Assembly (NCBI RefSeq): GCF_023585745.1
Contig: NZ_CP097762.1
Location: 1 to 32,000 of the forward strand
Length of the DNA: 32,000 nt
Reading direction: 5' to 3'
From: Candidatus Saccharimonadota bacterium
GTDB lineage: Bacteria; Pseudomonadota; Gammaproteobacteria; Enterobacterales; Enterobacteriaceae
The position numbers were made by a program, and so were the translations under genes. The notes under the pieces were generated by a model, which had not been told where the DNA came from, ran no database searches, and saw only the letters and a program-made list of their open reading frames with translations. Positions 18,276 to 26,866 of the stretch are shown in pieces. How positions within the stretch are numbered: the first letter of the stretch is position 1; each line of letters begins with the position of its first letter.

Positions 18276-19778
18276 TTATTTTAATTTATTAAGTAAAAAT
18301 TGTGATAATAGTGTTACAGGACGTCCTGTAGAACTTTTATTTAAATCATGAGAGATCCATGCTGTTCCTGCAATATCTAGATGCGCCCAGGGATATTTAA
18401 CAAATTTTTGTAAAAAACATCCTGCAGTAATAGCTCCAGCAGATCTACCACCAACGTTTGTCATGTCAGCGCATGTAGACTTTAATTGGTTTTGAAATTC
18501 TTCGTGTAATGGTAATCTCCAAATGTAATCTTTGGTTTGTTGCGATGCAAAGATTAAATCTTTGGATAATTTTTCTTCATTGCACATAAGTCCGCTAAAA
18601 TGATTTCCTAAAGCTACTACACAAGCTCCAGTAAGTGTTGCTATGTCTATCACTATACTAGGTTTATATCGTTTTGCATATGTTAGAGTATCACATAAAA
18701 TTAAGCGTCCTTCGGCATCAGTATTTAAGATTTCTATAGTTTTTCCGGAAAGAGTGGTCAAGATATCACCTGGACGAAATGAATTACTGCTTATCATGTT
18801 TTCGCCAACAGCAAGTATGCCAATAATATTCAAGGGCAACTGTAGTTCTGCTGCTATATACATGACAGCATATACTGCGGCCGCTCCACACATATCATAT
18901 TTCATTTCATCCATTTTATGTGCATCTTTGATAGAAATGCCACCGGAATCGAATGTTAATCCTTTTCCGATTAAAATTATAGGATCGGAGATTATATCAG
19001 ATTCATTTTTATGTCCTTGATATTTAATTATAGGCATTATCGGAGGATAATTTGATCCTTGGTTTACTGCTAAATAAGCATTCATTCCTAATTTTTTCAT
19101 TTCTGAAAAATCTATTATATCAATAGAAATGTTATTATATTTGGACAGTTCTTGTGTTTGTTCAGCAATATAGTTAGGAGTGCAAAAATTAGGAGGCAAA
19201 TTTCCTAAATCTTTAGCTATATTCACGCCGCGTGCTATGACGATAGCGTCTTTAATAGCTTGTTGACAATACTTCAGTTCATTTATATTAGGAATATATA
19301 AAGTTATTTCATTAAGTATGGATTTAGATTGATTTTTTTTATTTTTGAATTTATTAAAAACGTATAATTCCTCATTTACAATTTCTATTGTTTGTCTTAT
19401 TTTCCAATAATTGTCACATCCTGGAAGGTTGAATTCACTTAGTAATAACAATATTTTAACTATAGGTATATTTTTGCATGCAGTGACAGCTGCATGAATC
19501 ACTTTTTTATATTGATTTTGGTCAAAAGAATTCTTTTCCCCGCACCCTATCAATAAAATTTGTTTATTGTATAAATTAGGTACATCATACAAAAACAAAG
19601 TTTGTGTAATTTTTCCTTGTAGTGCTTCACGATATAATAATGAGCTTATATATCCATTGCTTATATTATCAATTTTTTTTGTAGATGGGAATAAATATGA
19701 TTTTTCAAATACACCTGTAACCACACAACTATCAGAAAAAGAATCTATATAATCATCAGTAATATTAAATTTTATCAT
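18276..19778 (-). CDS. pepA: leucyl (cytosol) aminopeptidase, M17 family
   Basis: 500-aa ORF colinear with E. coli PepA: VGKGLTFDSGGISIK, MDEMKYDMCGAAAV, M17 signature NTDAEGRLILCD, and WAHLDIAGTAW. Confidence 0.96.
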   Translation of the reverse strand: MIKFNITDDYIDSFSDSCVVTGVFEKSYLFPSTKKIDNISNGYISSLLYREALQGKITQTLFLYDVPNLYNKQILLIGCGEKNSFDQNQYKKVIHAAVTACKNIPIVKILLLLSEFNLPGCDNYWKIRQTIEIVNEELYVFNKFKNKKNQSKSILNEITLYIPNINELKYCQQAIKDAIVIARGVNIAKDLGNLPPNFCTPNYIAEQTQELSKYNNISIDIIDFSEMKKLGMNAYLAVNQGSNYPPIMPIIKYQGHKNESDIISDPIILIGKGLTFDSGGISIKDAHKMDEMKYDMCGAAAVYAVMYIAAELQLPLNIIGILAVGENMISSNSFRPGDILTTLSGKTIEILNTDAEGRLILCDTLTYAKRYKPSIVIDIATLTGACVVALGNHFSGLMCNEEKLSKDLIFASQQTKDYIWRLPLHEEFQNQLKSTCADMTNVGGRSAGAITAGCFLQKFVKYPWAHLDIAGTAWISHDLNKSSTGRPVTLLSQFLLNKLK

Positions 19779-20008
19779 AATTTTTTATATATTTGTATGT
19801 ATATTTATATACTATTATCATTTAATAGTATTTGATTTTTTAACAAAATGTTAGATTAATGATATCTCTGTCTCGTGGACATTTTTATATTATTTTAATA
19901 TAAAGTTTATTTAAATTACAAACTAATATATGTATATTAGTTTGATTACAATAATTTTTTATTATTATACGTTATTAGTGTTTTATATAAAAACAAGTTT
20001 TTTAAAAA

Positions 20009-21130
20009 ATGACATTTATTAAATATATACTAAAAGCAGTGTTTAAAAATCAATTAATTATTTTAATAATATTATTTATGGTATGTTTTTGTCAAAAATT
20101 AATAAAATTATTAGGTTTATTAGAAAATGCGAATGTTTCAATGTATTTAATTGTTTTATGTCTTTTGTTAAATATTCCAGAATTAGGAAAATTAATTATC
20201 CCTTGTAGTACATTTTTAGGGGTGTTAATCACTTTTTATCGATTGCACGTGCATAATGAAATTATAGCTATGTATTCTTGTGCTGTAGATAAGGTATTAT
20301 TAATAAAAAGTATACTTATTTTTAGTGTTATTATTGCTGGTTTTTTTAGTATTGATTTAGCATGGTTGTCTCCTTGTTGCGCGTATTATCAAAATAGATT
20401 GTTGTATGATATTAAAGATAGTATTAATTTCAATGACTTTTGGGAAAAAAAAATTTATTCGTTAGATGTTGCAAAAAATTTAATTTTATTTATAGATTCT
20501 GTGCATGATCAAAAATTGAAGGATATTTTTTTATTAAAAATACATCGGGATAAAGATGTAAGTACTTCCATTATTGTTACTGCGGATTACGGTAATATTA
20601 AGCAACAATCTGACGGGTTGAAAACAATTGTTTTAGAAAATGGGGTATGTTACGACTTATATTATAAGAATGAGGTGTACAACAATGTATTTATTACGGA
20701 TTTTGCGCAATATGAAATGTTGGTAAATCCTGTATTTCGAAAAATTTTTAAACAAAAAAAATCCATTGATTATATGTCTATGCGCCAATTATGGTATTGT
20801 GAGCAATTAGAGGCACAAATAGAGTTAAATTGGCGGTTAACTTTGTTAATATCTATTTTTGTTATGCCAATGACAGCAATGTTTTTAATTACTAATTTTT
20901 CAAACAGTTATTTGTTTAAATTTTTATTGGGTATGTTTTTGTATATATTTTTTTTCGTTTCACATATTATATTGCATTATTATATTATTGTTGATGAAAC
21001 AAATTCCATATTATGGATATGGTTATTTAATGGTCTTTATTTAACAATAATATTTTTATGTAACATGTGGAATACTGTTTTTATGAAAAAATTGGTTGCA
21101 ATTATGTTCAAACATCATTCTTATATGTAA
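20009..21130 (+). CDS. lptF: LPS export ABC transporter permease LptF
   Basis: 373-aa membrane ORF (YjgP/YjgQ family) colinear with E. coli LptF (N-term I..Y.... .K.QL.IL.IL...FFCQKL...LG; central ..ELNWR.TL). It is divergent from pepA and followed by lptG, as in E. coli. Confidence 0.88.
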   Translation: MTFIKYILKAVFKNQLIILIILFMVCFCQKLIKLLGLLENANVSMYLIVLCLLLNIPELGKLIIPCSTFLGVLITFYRLHVHNEIIAMYSCAVDKVLLIKSILIFSVIIAGFFSIDLAWLSPCCAYYQNRLLYDIKDSINFNDFWEKKIYSLDVAKNLILFIDSVHDQKLKDIFLLKIHRDKDVSTSIIVTADYGNIKQQSDGLKTIVLENGVCYDLYYKNEVYNNVFITDFAQYEMLVNPVFRKIFKQKKSIDYMSMRQLWYCEQLEAQIELNWRLTLLISIFVMPMTAMFLITNFSNSYLFKFLLGMFLYIFFFVSHIILHYYIIVDETNSILWIWLFNGLYLTIIFLCNMWNTVFMKKLVAIMFKHHSYM

Positions 21131-21143
21131 ATATAAAAAATCT

Positions 21144-22220
21144 ATGTGCGGTATTTTAAATAAATATATTAGAGCAATATTATTTTCGAGTATCACGGTA
21201 GTGTTTTTAATATTAATATCGTTATCCAGTATTATCCGATTAGTTGATGAATTACGAAAAATAGAAATAGAAAATTATTCTATATTTGAAGTAGTTATCT
21301 TTATTATTTTAAGCGTTCCAAAAGATTTTATATTATTTTTTCCTATTGCTGTTTTGTTAGGTGGACTTATAGGATTAAGTATATTTGAGACACATAACGA
21401 ATTTATAGCAATTCAGTTATTTGGATATAGTAAATTTCAGATTTTTATATCAGCAATAAAAGCCGCTATGCCTATATTACTATGTAGTTTGATATTTAAT
21501 GAATGGTTAATGCCAAATAGTGAAAAAATGATATATAAATATCGTGATCATTCCCAAAATAATTTTTATTTAGTTTCAGAAAAAATAAAAAATTTTTGGT
21601 TTAGAGATAAGGATAATTTTGTTCATGTAGAATGCGTGACGACATACGAAGAATTACTTGGAGTAACTTTATATAATTTTAATAAAAAACAAAAATTAAA
21701 TAAGATTTTTTATGCTAAACGCGCAATATTTATAAATAAAGTTTGGAATTTATTAGATGTAACTGAATTATGTATATCTGAAAATATGCATACTATTAAT
21801 AATAGTAAATTTTCATGTGTTGAATGGAATATACAGTTAAATCCCAAGATATTATCTATGATAACGGTTCGTCCCAATATTTTGTCTATTTCGAATTTGT
21901 ATAATTGCATTAAATATTTTAATCAGAACAGGCAAAATTCCAGGCATTATCAGATTATTTTTTGGAATAAGATATTATCTCCTATTTCTGGAATAGTAAT
22001 GATGTTCACTGCATTAACATGTACTTTTGGTCCGTTATATCAAAAAAAAATGGGATTTAAGTTATTTATAGGAAGTATAATAGGCTTTTTATTTTATATT
22101 TTAAATCAAATATTTAGTGTATCAAGTGCTGCGCATAATATTTCTCCAGTATTTTCTGCATTAATCCCTAGTATAGTGTTCTTATTATTAAGTATTATGA
22201 TAATACGTATATATTCTTAG
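21144..22220 (+). CDS. lptG: LPS export ABC transporter permease LptG
   Basis: The ORF-track frame is open from 21096. Alignment to E. coli LptG (M..FGVLDRYIGKTIF) fits the internal ATG at 21144 (MCGILNKYIRAILF), 13 nt after the lptF stop. Conserved LSVPKD...FFP.A.LLG.L.GL, plus an RHYQ..FW.KI..P motif equivalent. The start choice is inferred. Confidence 0.85.
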   Translation: MCGILNKYIRAILFSSITVVFLILISLSSIIRLVDELRKIEIENYSIFEVVIFIILSVPKDFILFFPIAVLLGGLIGLSIFETHNEFIAIQLFGYSKFQIFISAIKAAMPILLCSLIFNEWLMPNSEKMIYKYRDHSQNNFYLVSEKIKNFWFRDKDNFVHVECVTTYEELLGVTLYNFNKKQKLNKIFYAKRAIFINKVWNLLDVTELCISENMHTINNSKFSCVEWNIQLNPKILSMITVRPNILSISNLYNCIKYFNQNRQNSRHYQIIFWNKILSPISGIVMMFTALTCTFGPLYQKKMGFKLFIGSIIGFLFYILNQIFSVSSAAHNISPVFSALIPSIVFLLLSIMIIRIYS

Positions 22221-22252
22221 TAAATAAAATTTTAGATTTAGTGATTATTGTA

Positions 22253-23152
22253 TTATTTTATTTGATCTAAAAACATATTTTTAGATAAATCTCGTAACCA
22301 TTTGTGAGAAGGAGAATGATTATTTTTAGAATGCCATGCTTGAATAATATTTCTTTTACCCAAACTAAAATTAGTATAGAAGCATGTTATTGGTATATTT
22401 AATTTCTTTGTTATTACTGATATGAATGCTGGAATTATTGCTAGTATATCTGAATTAATTACAGTATTTATGGTAGTAATATATTCTGGAGTAGTGCCAA
22501 CTATATGTCTTTCGGACCAAAAATATTTTTCTTGTTCGTTTGAATCGGCTGAGTATTCATTTTTAGTTTTGATGAATTGATATTTTAATAAATTATCTAC
22601 ATTTTTGTTTTTGGATAAAATTGGATGATTTTTTCTACATATTATGCAACATTTTGATATATAAATGGTCTTAATGGTAATTTCTGGATTAAGCGCACGC
22701 ATTTCTCCTATATACAAGTCTATTGTATGGTTTCTTAAAAAGTTATCATCATAATCTGCGTCATTTATTAGATTAATGAAGATATTAGGGGCAATTTCTT
22801 GCATTGTTTTAAACAGTATAGTGTTTAAAATAAAAATAATAGTATTATTAGCAGCAATTGTAAATTTTGTAACAGTGGTCTTAGGGTTGAACTCAATATT
22901 TTTATTAAATATTGATTCAATACGATTTACCAATTCTTTAATATTTGGTTTTAAATCTGTAGCTTTAGGAGTAGGTATTAGTTTAGTGCCACTACGTACT
23001 AAAATTTGATCATTAAACAAAATACGTATTTTGTTTAATGATTTACTGATAGCTGGGGCAGTAACATTTAATTTTTTTGCAGCTAAATTAACACTATTAT
23101 CTTCTAATAATGCATTTAGAACTATTAATAAATTATAATCAAAATTATTCAT
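22253..23152 (-). CDS. LysR-family transcriptional regulator (NodD/LeuO/YidZ-like subgroup)
   Basis: 299-aa ORF. The N-terminal winged HTH has the typical pattern (D.NLL.VL.ALLE..SV..AAKKLNVT.PA.SK.L.K.R..F.D...VR.G....PTP.A). The C-terminal WH.......P.H.WLR motif is typical of this LTTR subgroup. I cannot assign a specific orthologue from memory. Confidence 0.8.
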   Translation of the reverse strand: MNNFDYNLLIVLNALLEDNSVNLAAKKLNVTAPAISKSLNKIRILFNDQILVRSGTKLIPTPKATDLKPNIKELVNRIESIFNKNIEFNPKTTVTKFTIAANNTIIFILNTILFKTMQEIAPNIFINLINDADYDDNFLRNHTIDLYIGEMRALNPEITIKTIYISKCCIICRKNHPILSKNKNVDNLLKYQFIKTKNEYSADSNEQEKYFWSERHIVGTTPEYITTINTVINSDILAIIPAFISVITKKLNIPITCFYTNFSLGKRNIIQAWHSKNNHSPSHKWLRDLSKNMFLDQIK

Positions 23153-23445
23153 ATAATAATAAATGTTGCATTATATAATATTTGTTTATCAAGTATTATA
23201 AAGTATAAATATATAATAGTAAAATATATTAATATGATACAATATAATATTGTTATCTACAATAGTAAAAATATTGATTTATATTTTTGATATGTACAGT
23301 TATTATTGTTATACATATATTAATATAATTGATATTATTAAAATATGTGTTATTATATTATAATAAGTGCTATATTTAATGATATAAATATAGTATGAAT
23401 GTTTTTTAAGTTTTGTTTTTATGAAAAAATATTTATTTGTATTTT

Positions 23446-23529
23446 ACCGAAGTGGCGAAATAGGTAGACGCAATTGACTCAAAATCAATTATCTTAAGTG
23501 GTGTGCCGGTTCGATTCCGGCCTTCGGTA
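23446..23529 (+). tRNA. leuX: tRNA-Leu, anticodon CAA
   Basis: Cloverleaf read by hand. Acceptor ACCGAAG / CTTCGGT. D-arm GCG-AAATAGGTAGA-CGC. Anticodon stem ATTGA/TCAAT with loop CTCAAAA, anticodon CAA at 23480-23482. Long variable arm. T-arm GCCGG-TTCGATT-CCGGC. Discriminator A23529. Close to E. coli leuX as recalled. No CCA is encoded (next bases CTT). Confidence 0.93.
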
Positions 23530-23575
23530 CTTTCAATCTTGGTGTTGTCTCAAGGAGTTTGATTTTTTAATTATG

Positions 23576-23593
23576 GTTATGTTATAACATAAC
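23576..23593. promoter_or_regulatory. perfect 18-bp palindrome GTTATGTTATAACATAAC, candidate Zur operator overlapping a putative promoter
   Basis: The palindrome was verified base by base. TGTTATA-A-CATAACT matches 13/15 of the Zur-box core TGTTATA-W-TATAACA as I recall it. It overlaps a possible TTGATT (23559-23564)-N18-TATAAC (23583-23588) promoter and lies 177 nt upstream of the znuC-like ATG. Zur is encoded at 5804-6280. Confidence 0.4.
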
Positions 23594-23769
23594 TAAAAAT
23601 TTTCTAAAAACTATGTCATTATTTTATTATAAACCACGTTTTTCAATTAGCATGAAAGTATTTATTGCTTCCAGTTTCATTCGTGTATTATTAATATTAG
23701 TAATATTACTATTTTTTTGGTTTGCTATTCTTTGGGCATCTTTGTTGCCATAAGGATTAAATATGAAAT

Positions 23770-24417
23770 ATGATTAAGTTATATAATTTAATAACAGGTT
23801 ATAACACCAATAAAATTGGTGTATCTATAACTGGTTGCATTAAGCCAGGAAGTATGATTGCTATTGTCGGACCAAATGGGATAGGTAAATCAACGTTGCT
23901 AAAAACATTAGCTGGATTATTACCCCCAATATCTGGTAGTCTAGAACTTTCAAACAAGACTAATCCTTTGAGTATAAGTTATTTACCCCAAAAAATTACT
24001 ATAGACCTGAATTTTCCATTAACGGTATTTGATGTAGTGTCTATGGGTTGTTGGCCTGGAATATGTTTAATAAAAAAATTAGACAAAAAACAATTAGCTA
24101 TAATTTGGAGATCTCTGAAACAAGTAAAATTATTAAATACATTGAATCAGTATATTAGTAATTTATCGGGTGGACAAGTACAACGCATGTTATTTGCCAG
24201 AGTTTTAGTGCAAAAATCTTCTTTGATATTATTAGATGAACCGTTTCAAGGTGTAGATTTAGATACCTGTAATATGATGATATCTGCTATTAAAAAGCTT
24301 TGCAAATTTGGACACACAGCGATTGTTGTATCGCATGATATTAAATTTATAAATAAGCATTTTTCTGATATATTTTTGTTGACTAGTTCTTGTAGAACTT
24401 GTGAGTTATCAATGTAA
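23770..24417 (+). CDS. znuC: metal (Zn/Mn-type, ABC-3 system) ABC transporter ATP-binding protein, ZnuC-like
   Basis: 215-aa ORF with Walker A GPNGIGKST, Q-loop YLPQK followed by the metal-importer-typical FPLTVFDVVSMG, signature LSGGQVQR, Walker B LILLDEP and H-loop VVSHD. It is short and lacks the C-terminal extension of E. coli ZnuC. Zinc specificity is inferred from family, context and the upstream Zur-like box. Confidence 0.7.
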   Translation: MIKLYNLITGYNTNKIGVSITGCIKPGSMIAIVGPNGIGKSTLLKTLAGLLPPISGSLELSNKTNPLSISYLPQKITIDLNFPLTVFDVVSMGCWPGICLIKKLDKKQLAIIWRSLKQVKLLNTLNQYISNLSGGQVQRMLFARVLVQKSSLILLDEPFQGVDLDTCNMMISAIKKLCKFGHTAIVVSHDIKFINKHFSDIFLLTSSCRTCELSM

Positions 24418-24517
24418 TTGAATGTTTATAAGTATTACAATTAATTAGATTCATTTTTTTCGTGTCTTATTATGTGTTTATAATATCTCAATTGAATTGA
24501 GAATAATAAAATTGTAT

Positions 24518-25378
24518 ATGATTATTCATATGTTGTTTGATCCTTTTATTAATTATGGATATATGCGTAGAGCTATCGTTGCTTGTTTCATATTGTCTAT
24601 CAGTATGACTCCTATAGGTAATTTTTTAATATTGAGACGAATGAGTTTAATAGGAGATGCGTTGTCTCACGCTATATTACCAGGAGTAGCAATAGGGTAT
24701 TTTTTTTCAGGAATGTCGTGTATTACTATGAGTATAGGCGGATTTATTTCAGGAGCAATTGTCGCAATATTATCTTATTGGGTTAGTGAAAAAACATTAT
24801 TACAACAAGATGCTAGTTTTTCTGGATTTTATCTTGGATCTTTATCTTTTGGAGTGATACTAATATCATTACATGGATCTAGTATAGATTTATTAGAATT
24901 GTTATTTGGATCAATATTGTCTGTAAGTATATTACATTTAAAATGTATTGGAATTATTAGTGCGATAACTTTATTTATAATTTCTATATTTTATAGAGCT
25001 TTAGTGATTGCAACATTTGATCCAGATTTTTTAATTACTAGTAATATTCAGCATTTTTGGATAATTCAAGTAATTTTTTTATTAATATTAATGATAAATT
25101 TAATAGCTGGTTTTCAAGTGATTGGAACTCTGATGTCTATTGGTTTGATGATGTTACCTAGTTTATCGGCTCGGTTTTGGGTAGATGGTTTGATAAATTT
25201 ATTATTATTATCAGTATTTATTGCGTTGTTATGTTCATGGATTGGATTATTAGGAGCTTTTTATATGTCTTTACCTGCTGGTCCTGTTATTATATTTTTT
25301 AGTAGTTGTGTATTTTTTTTATCAGTGTTTTTTGGGAAAAATAATGGCATTTTATTTATTATATGTAAAAAAAAATAA
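24518..25378 (+). CDS. znuB: metal ABC transporter permease (ABC-3 family), ZnuB-like
   Basis: The polytopic ORF is open from a TTG at 24497. ATG at 24518 (or 24530, MLFDPF..Y.MRRA, a typical ABC-3 N-terminus) is the likelier start. Conserved L.LRRMSLIGDALSHAILPGVA motif. Confidence 0.72.
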   Translation: MIIHMLFDPFINYGYMRRAIVACFILSISMTPIGNFLILRRMSLIGDALSHAILPGVAIGYFFSGMSCITMSIGGFISGAIVAILSYWVSEKTLLQQDASFSGFYLGSLSFGVILISLHGSSIDLLELLFGSILSVSILHLKCIGIISAITLFIISIFYRALVIATFDPDFLITSNIQHFWIIQVIFLLILMINLIAGFQVIGTLMSIGLMMLPSLSARFWVDGLINLLLLSVFIALLCSWIGLLGAFYMSLPAGPVIIFFSSCVFFLSVFFGKNNGILFIICKKK

Positions 25379-26127
25379 TTTTCATTTGTCATTAAATTTT
25401 AATATTTGATATGTATTAATTATTAGTGCTTATAGATTAATAATATTTAAGTAATTCATTTATATAGTATCCATTGGATAACACAGATTATTTATAAATA
25501 TATTTTATTTATACGCATGTCTTTAGTTTATTTTTGTTTTTTTATATAAAAATCCGGGAAAATAATGAATTATTAAGTGATTAGTGTTGTGTATTTTAAT
25601 ACATATATATTTATGCATAAAATGGTTTAATGTTTTAATTATATTAAAGCGCAGGTGTTATACAAATACCTTGGTAGTAAGTATTAAATAATATTTAATT
25701 TAAACAATTAAGCTTTATTTTTTTTATTATTAAAGGTATTAGTTTTTAAATTTTAAAGTGTTTATTTAATGACTTTAAAATTAAGTTAATTAAAAAATTC
25801 ATTTTATGAAACATTGTATGATGTTAGTGTACATATTTATTTTTTATAAAAATTTATATTTTTAAATATAAATGAATTTTAATATTAAAGTTATTAATTC
25901 ATTTTCTAAGAAATTAGGTGTTTATTTTTAATTGTAGTTAATTATTAACATTAACGTATTGTATTTATAAAGACAAATTTTTTATTTTAATTAAAATGAA
26001 TTAGTATGTTATATACTGTATTATTACTGGACCATTTATAAAATTTTTTATATTTATAATATAATATTTCTGAAATTATTTAATATTAGATAATATATTA
26101 AATATTTATATTGTAAGATTCTTTAAA

Positions 26128-26862
26128 TTAATTCAAGAACTCAAATGAGTTACCCAAATATACTTTTTGTACATATTTGTTATTTAATATTGCATTAGAA
26201 TCGCCGTGAGCGATAATGGTTCCCTGGTTCAATATATATGCTCTATTACATATACGTAAAGTTTCTCTGACATTATGATCGGTGATTAATATTCCGATGC
26301 CATGTTGTTGTGTAAGCTTATGCATGATTTTATGTATTTCTATTATTGAAATAGGGTCGACTCCAGAAAATGGTTCATCAAGTAGTATAAATTTCGGTTT
26401 AGTTGCTAATGCTCTTGCAATTTCTACACGTTTTCTTTCACCCCCAGATAAAGTATATCCAATATTATTTTTTAGATGATGAATATTAAAATTATTCATT
26501 AATTCAGTAATAATTTTGTAACGTTTTTTAACATTAAGTTTGTATTTTATTTGTAAAACAGCCATGATGTTATCAAAAACAGTTAATCTTCTAAATATAG
26601 AACTTTCTTGTGGTAAGTAACTGATACCTAATTGTGCTCTAGTATAAATTGGTAGTGTAGTAATATTATTCTTATTAAGAAAAATATCTCCAGAATTGTG
26701 TTTAATAATTCCTAATATCATATAAAAAGTTGTAGTTTTTCCAGAACCATTAGGCCCTAATAAACCCACAATTTCTCCAGAAGTTATATATATGCTAACA
26801 TCTTTAACAATGTTTTTACCTTTATAATTTTTAGATAATTTTTTTGCAATGAGTGTTTGCAT
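26128..26862 (-). CDS. lptB: LPS export ABC transporter ATP-binding protein
   Basis: 244-aa ORF nearly colinear with E. coli LptB (GEIVGLLGPNGSGKTTTFYM; YLPQE.SIFRRL.V.DN.MAVLQI; LSGGERKRVEIARALA..PKFILLDEPF.GVDPIS; ITDHNVRETL). Confidence 0.96.
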   Translation of the reverse strand: MQTLIAKKLSKNYKGKNIVKDVSIYITSGEIVGLLGPNGSGKTTTFYMILGIIKHNSGDIFLNKNNITTLPIYTRAQLGISYLPQESSIFRRLTVFDNIMAVLQIKYKLNVKKRYKIITELMNNFNIHHLKNNIGYTLSGGERKRVEIARALATKPKFILLDEPFSGVDPISIIEIHKIMHKLTQQHGIGILITDHNVRETLRICNRAYILNQGTIIAHGDSNAILNNKYVQKVYLGNSFEFLN

Positions 26863-26866
26863 TAAA

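Noticed and set aside
21096-21143. N-terminal 16-codon extension of lptG overlapping the end of lptF
   Set aside because: The extension (MQLCSNIILICKYKKS) has no counterpart in E. coli LptG. The alignment begins at the internal Met (MCGILNKYIRAILF), 13 nt after the lptF stop, so 21144 was preferred. The choice remains unproven.
23421-23470. Short ATG-initiated ORF (MKKYLFVFYRSGEIGRRN) upstream of and running into tRNA-Leu
   Set aside because: It overlaps the tRNA gene body in sense, has no SD, and its sequence is dictated by the tRNA. It is not credible as a coding region.
5820-26479. Other short ORF-track entries: 5820-6005, 9305-9511, 9539-9775, 11776-11988, 12433-12630, 15278-15487, 15884-16108, 16300-16494, 18643-19020, 19567-19752, 21710-21910, 22776-23009, 26282-26479
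   Set aside because: Each lies entirely inside, and antisense to, a conserved full-length gene (zur, yjcE, gltP, valS, pepA, lptG, the LysR gene, lptB). Their products are low-complexity, and none shows family motifs.
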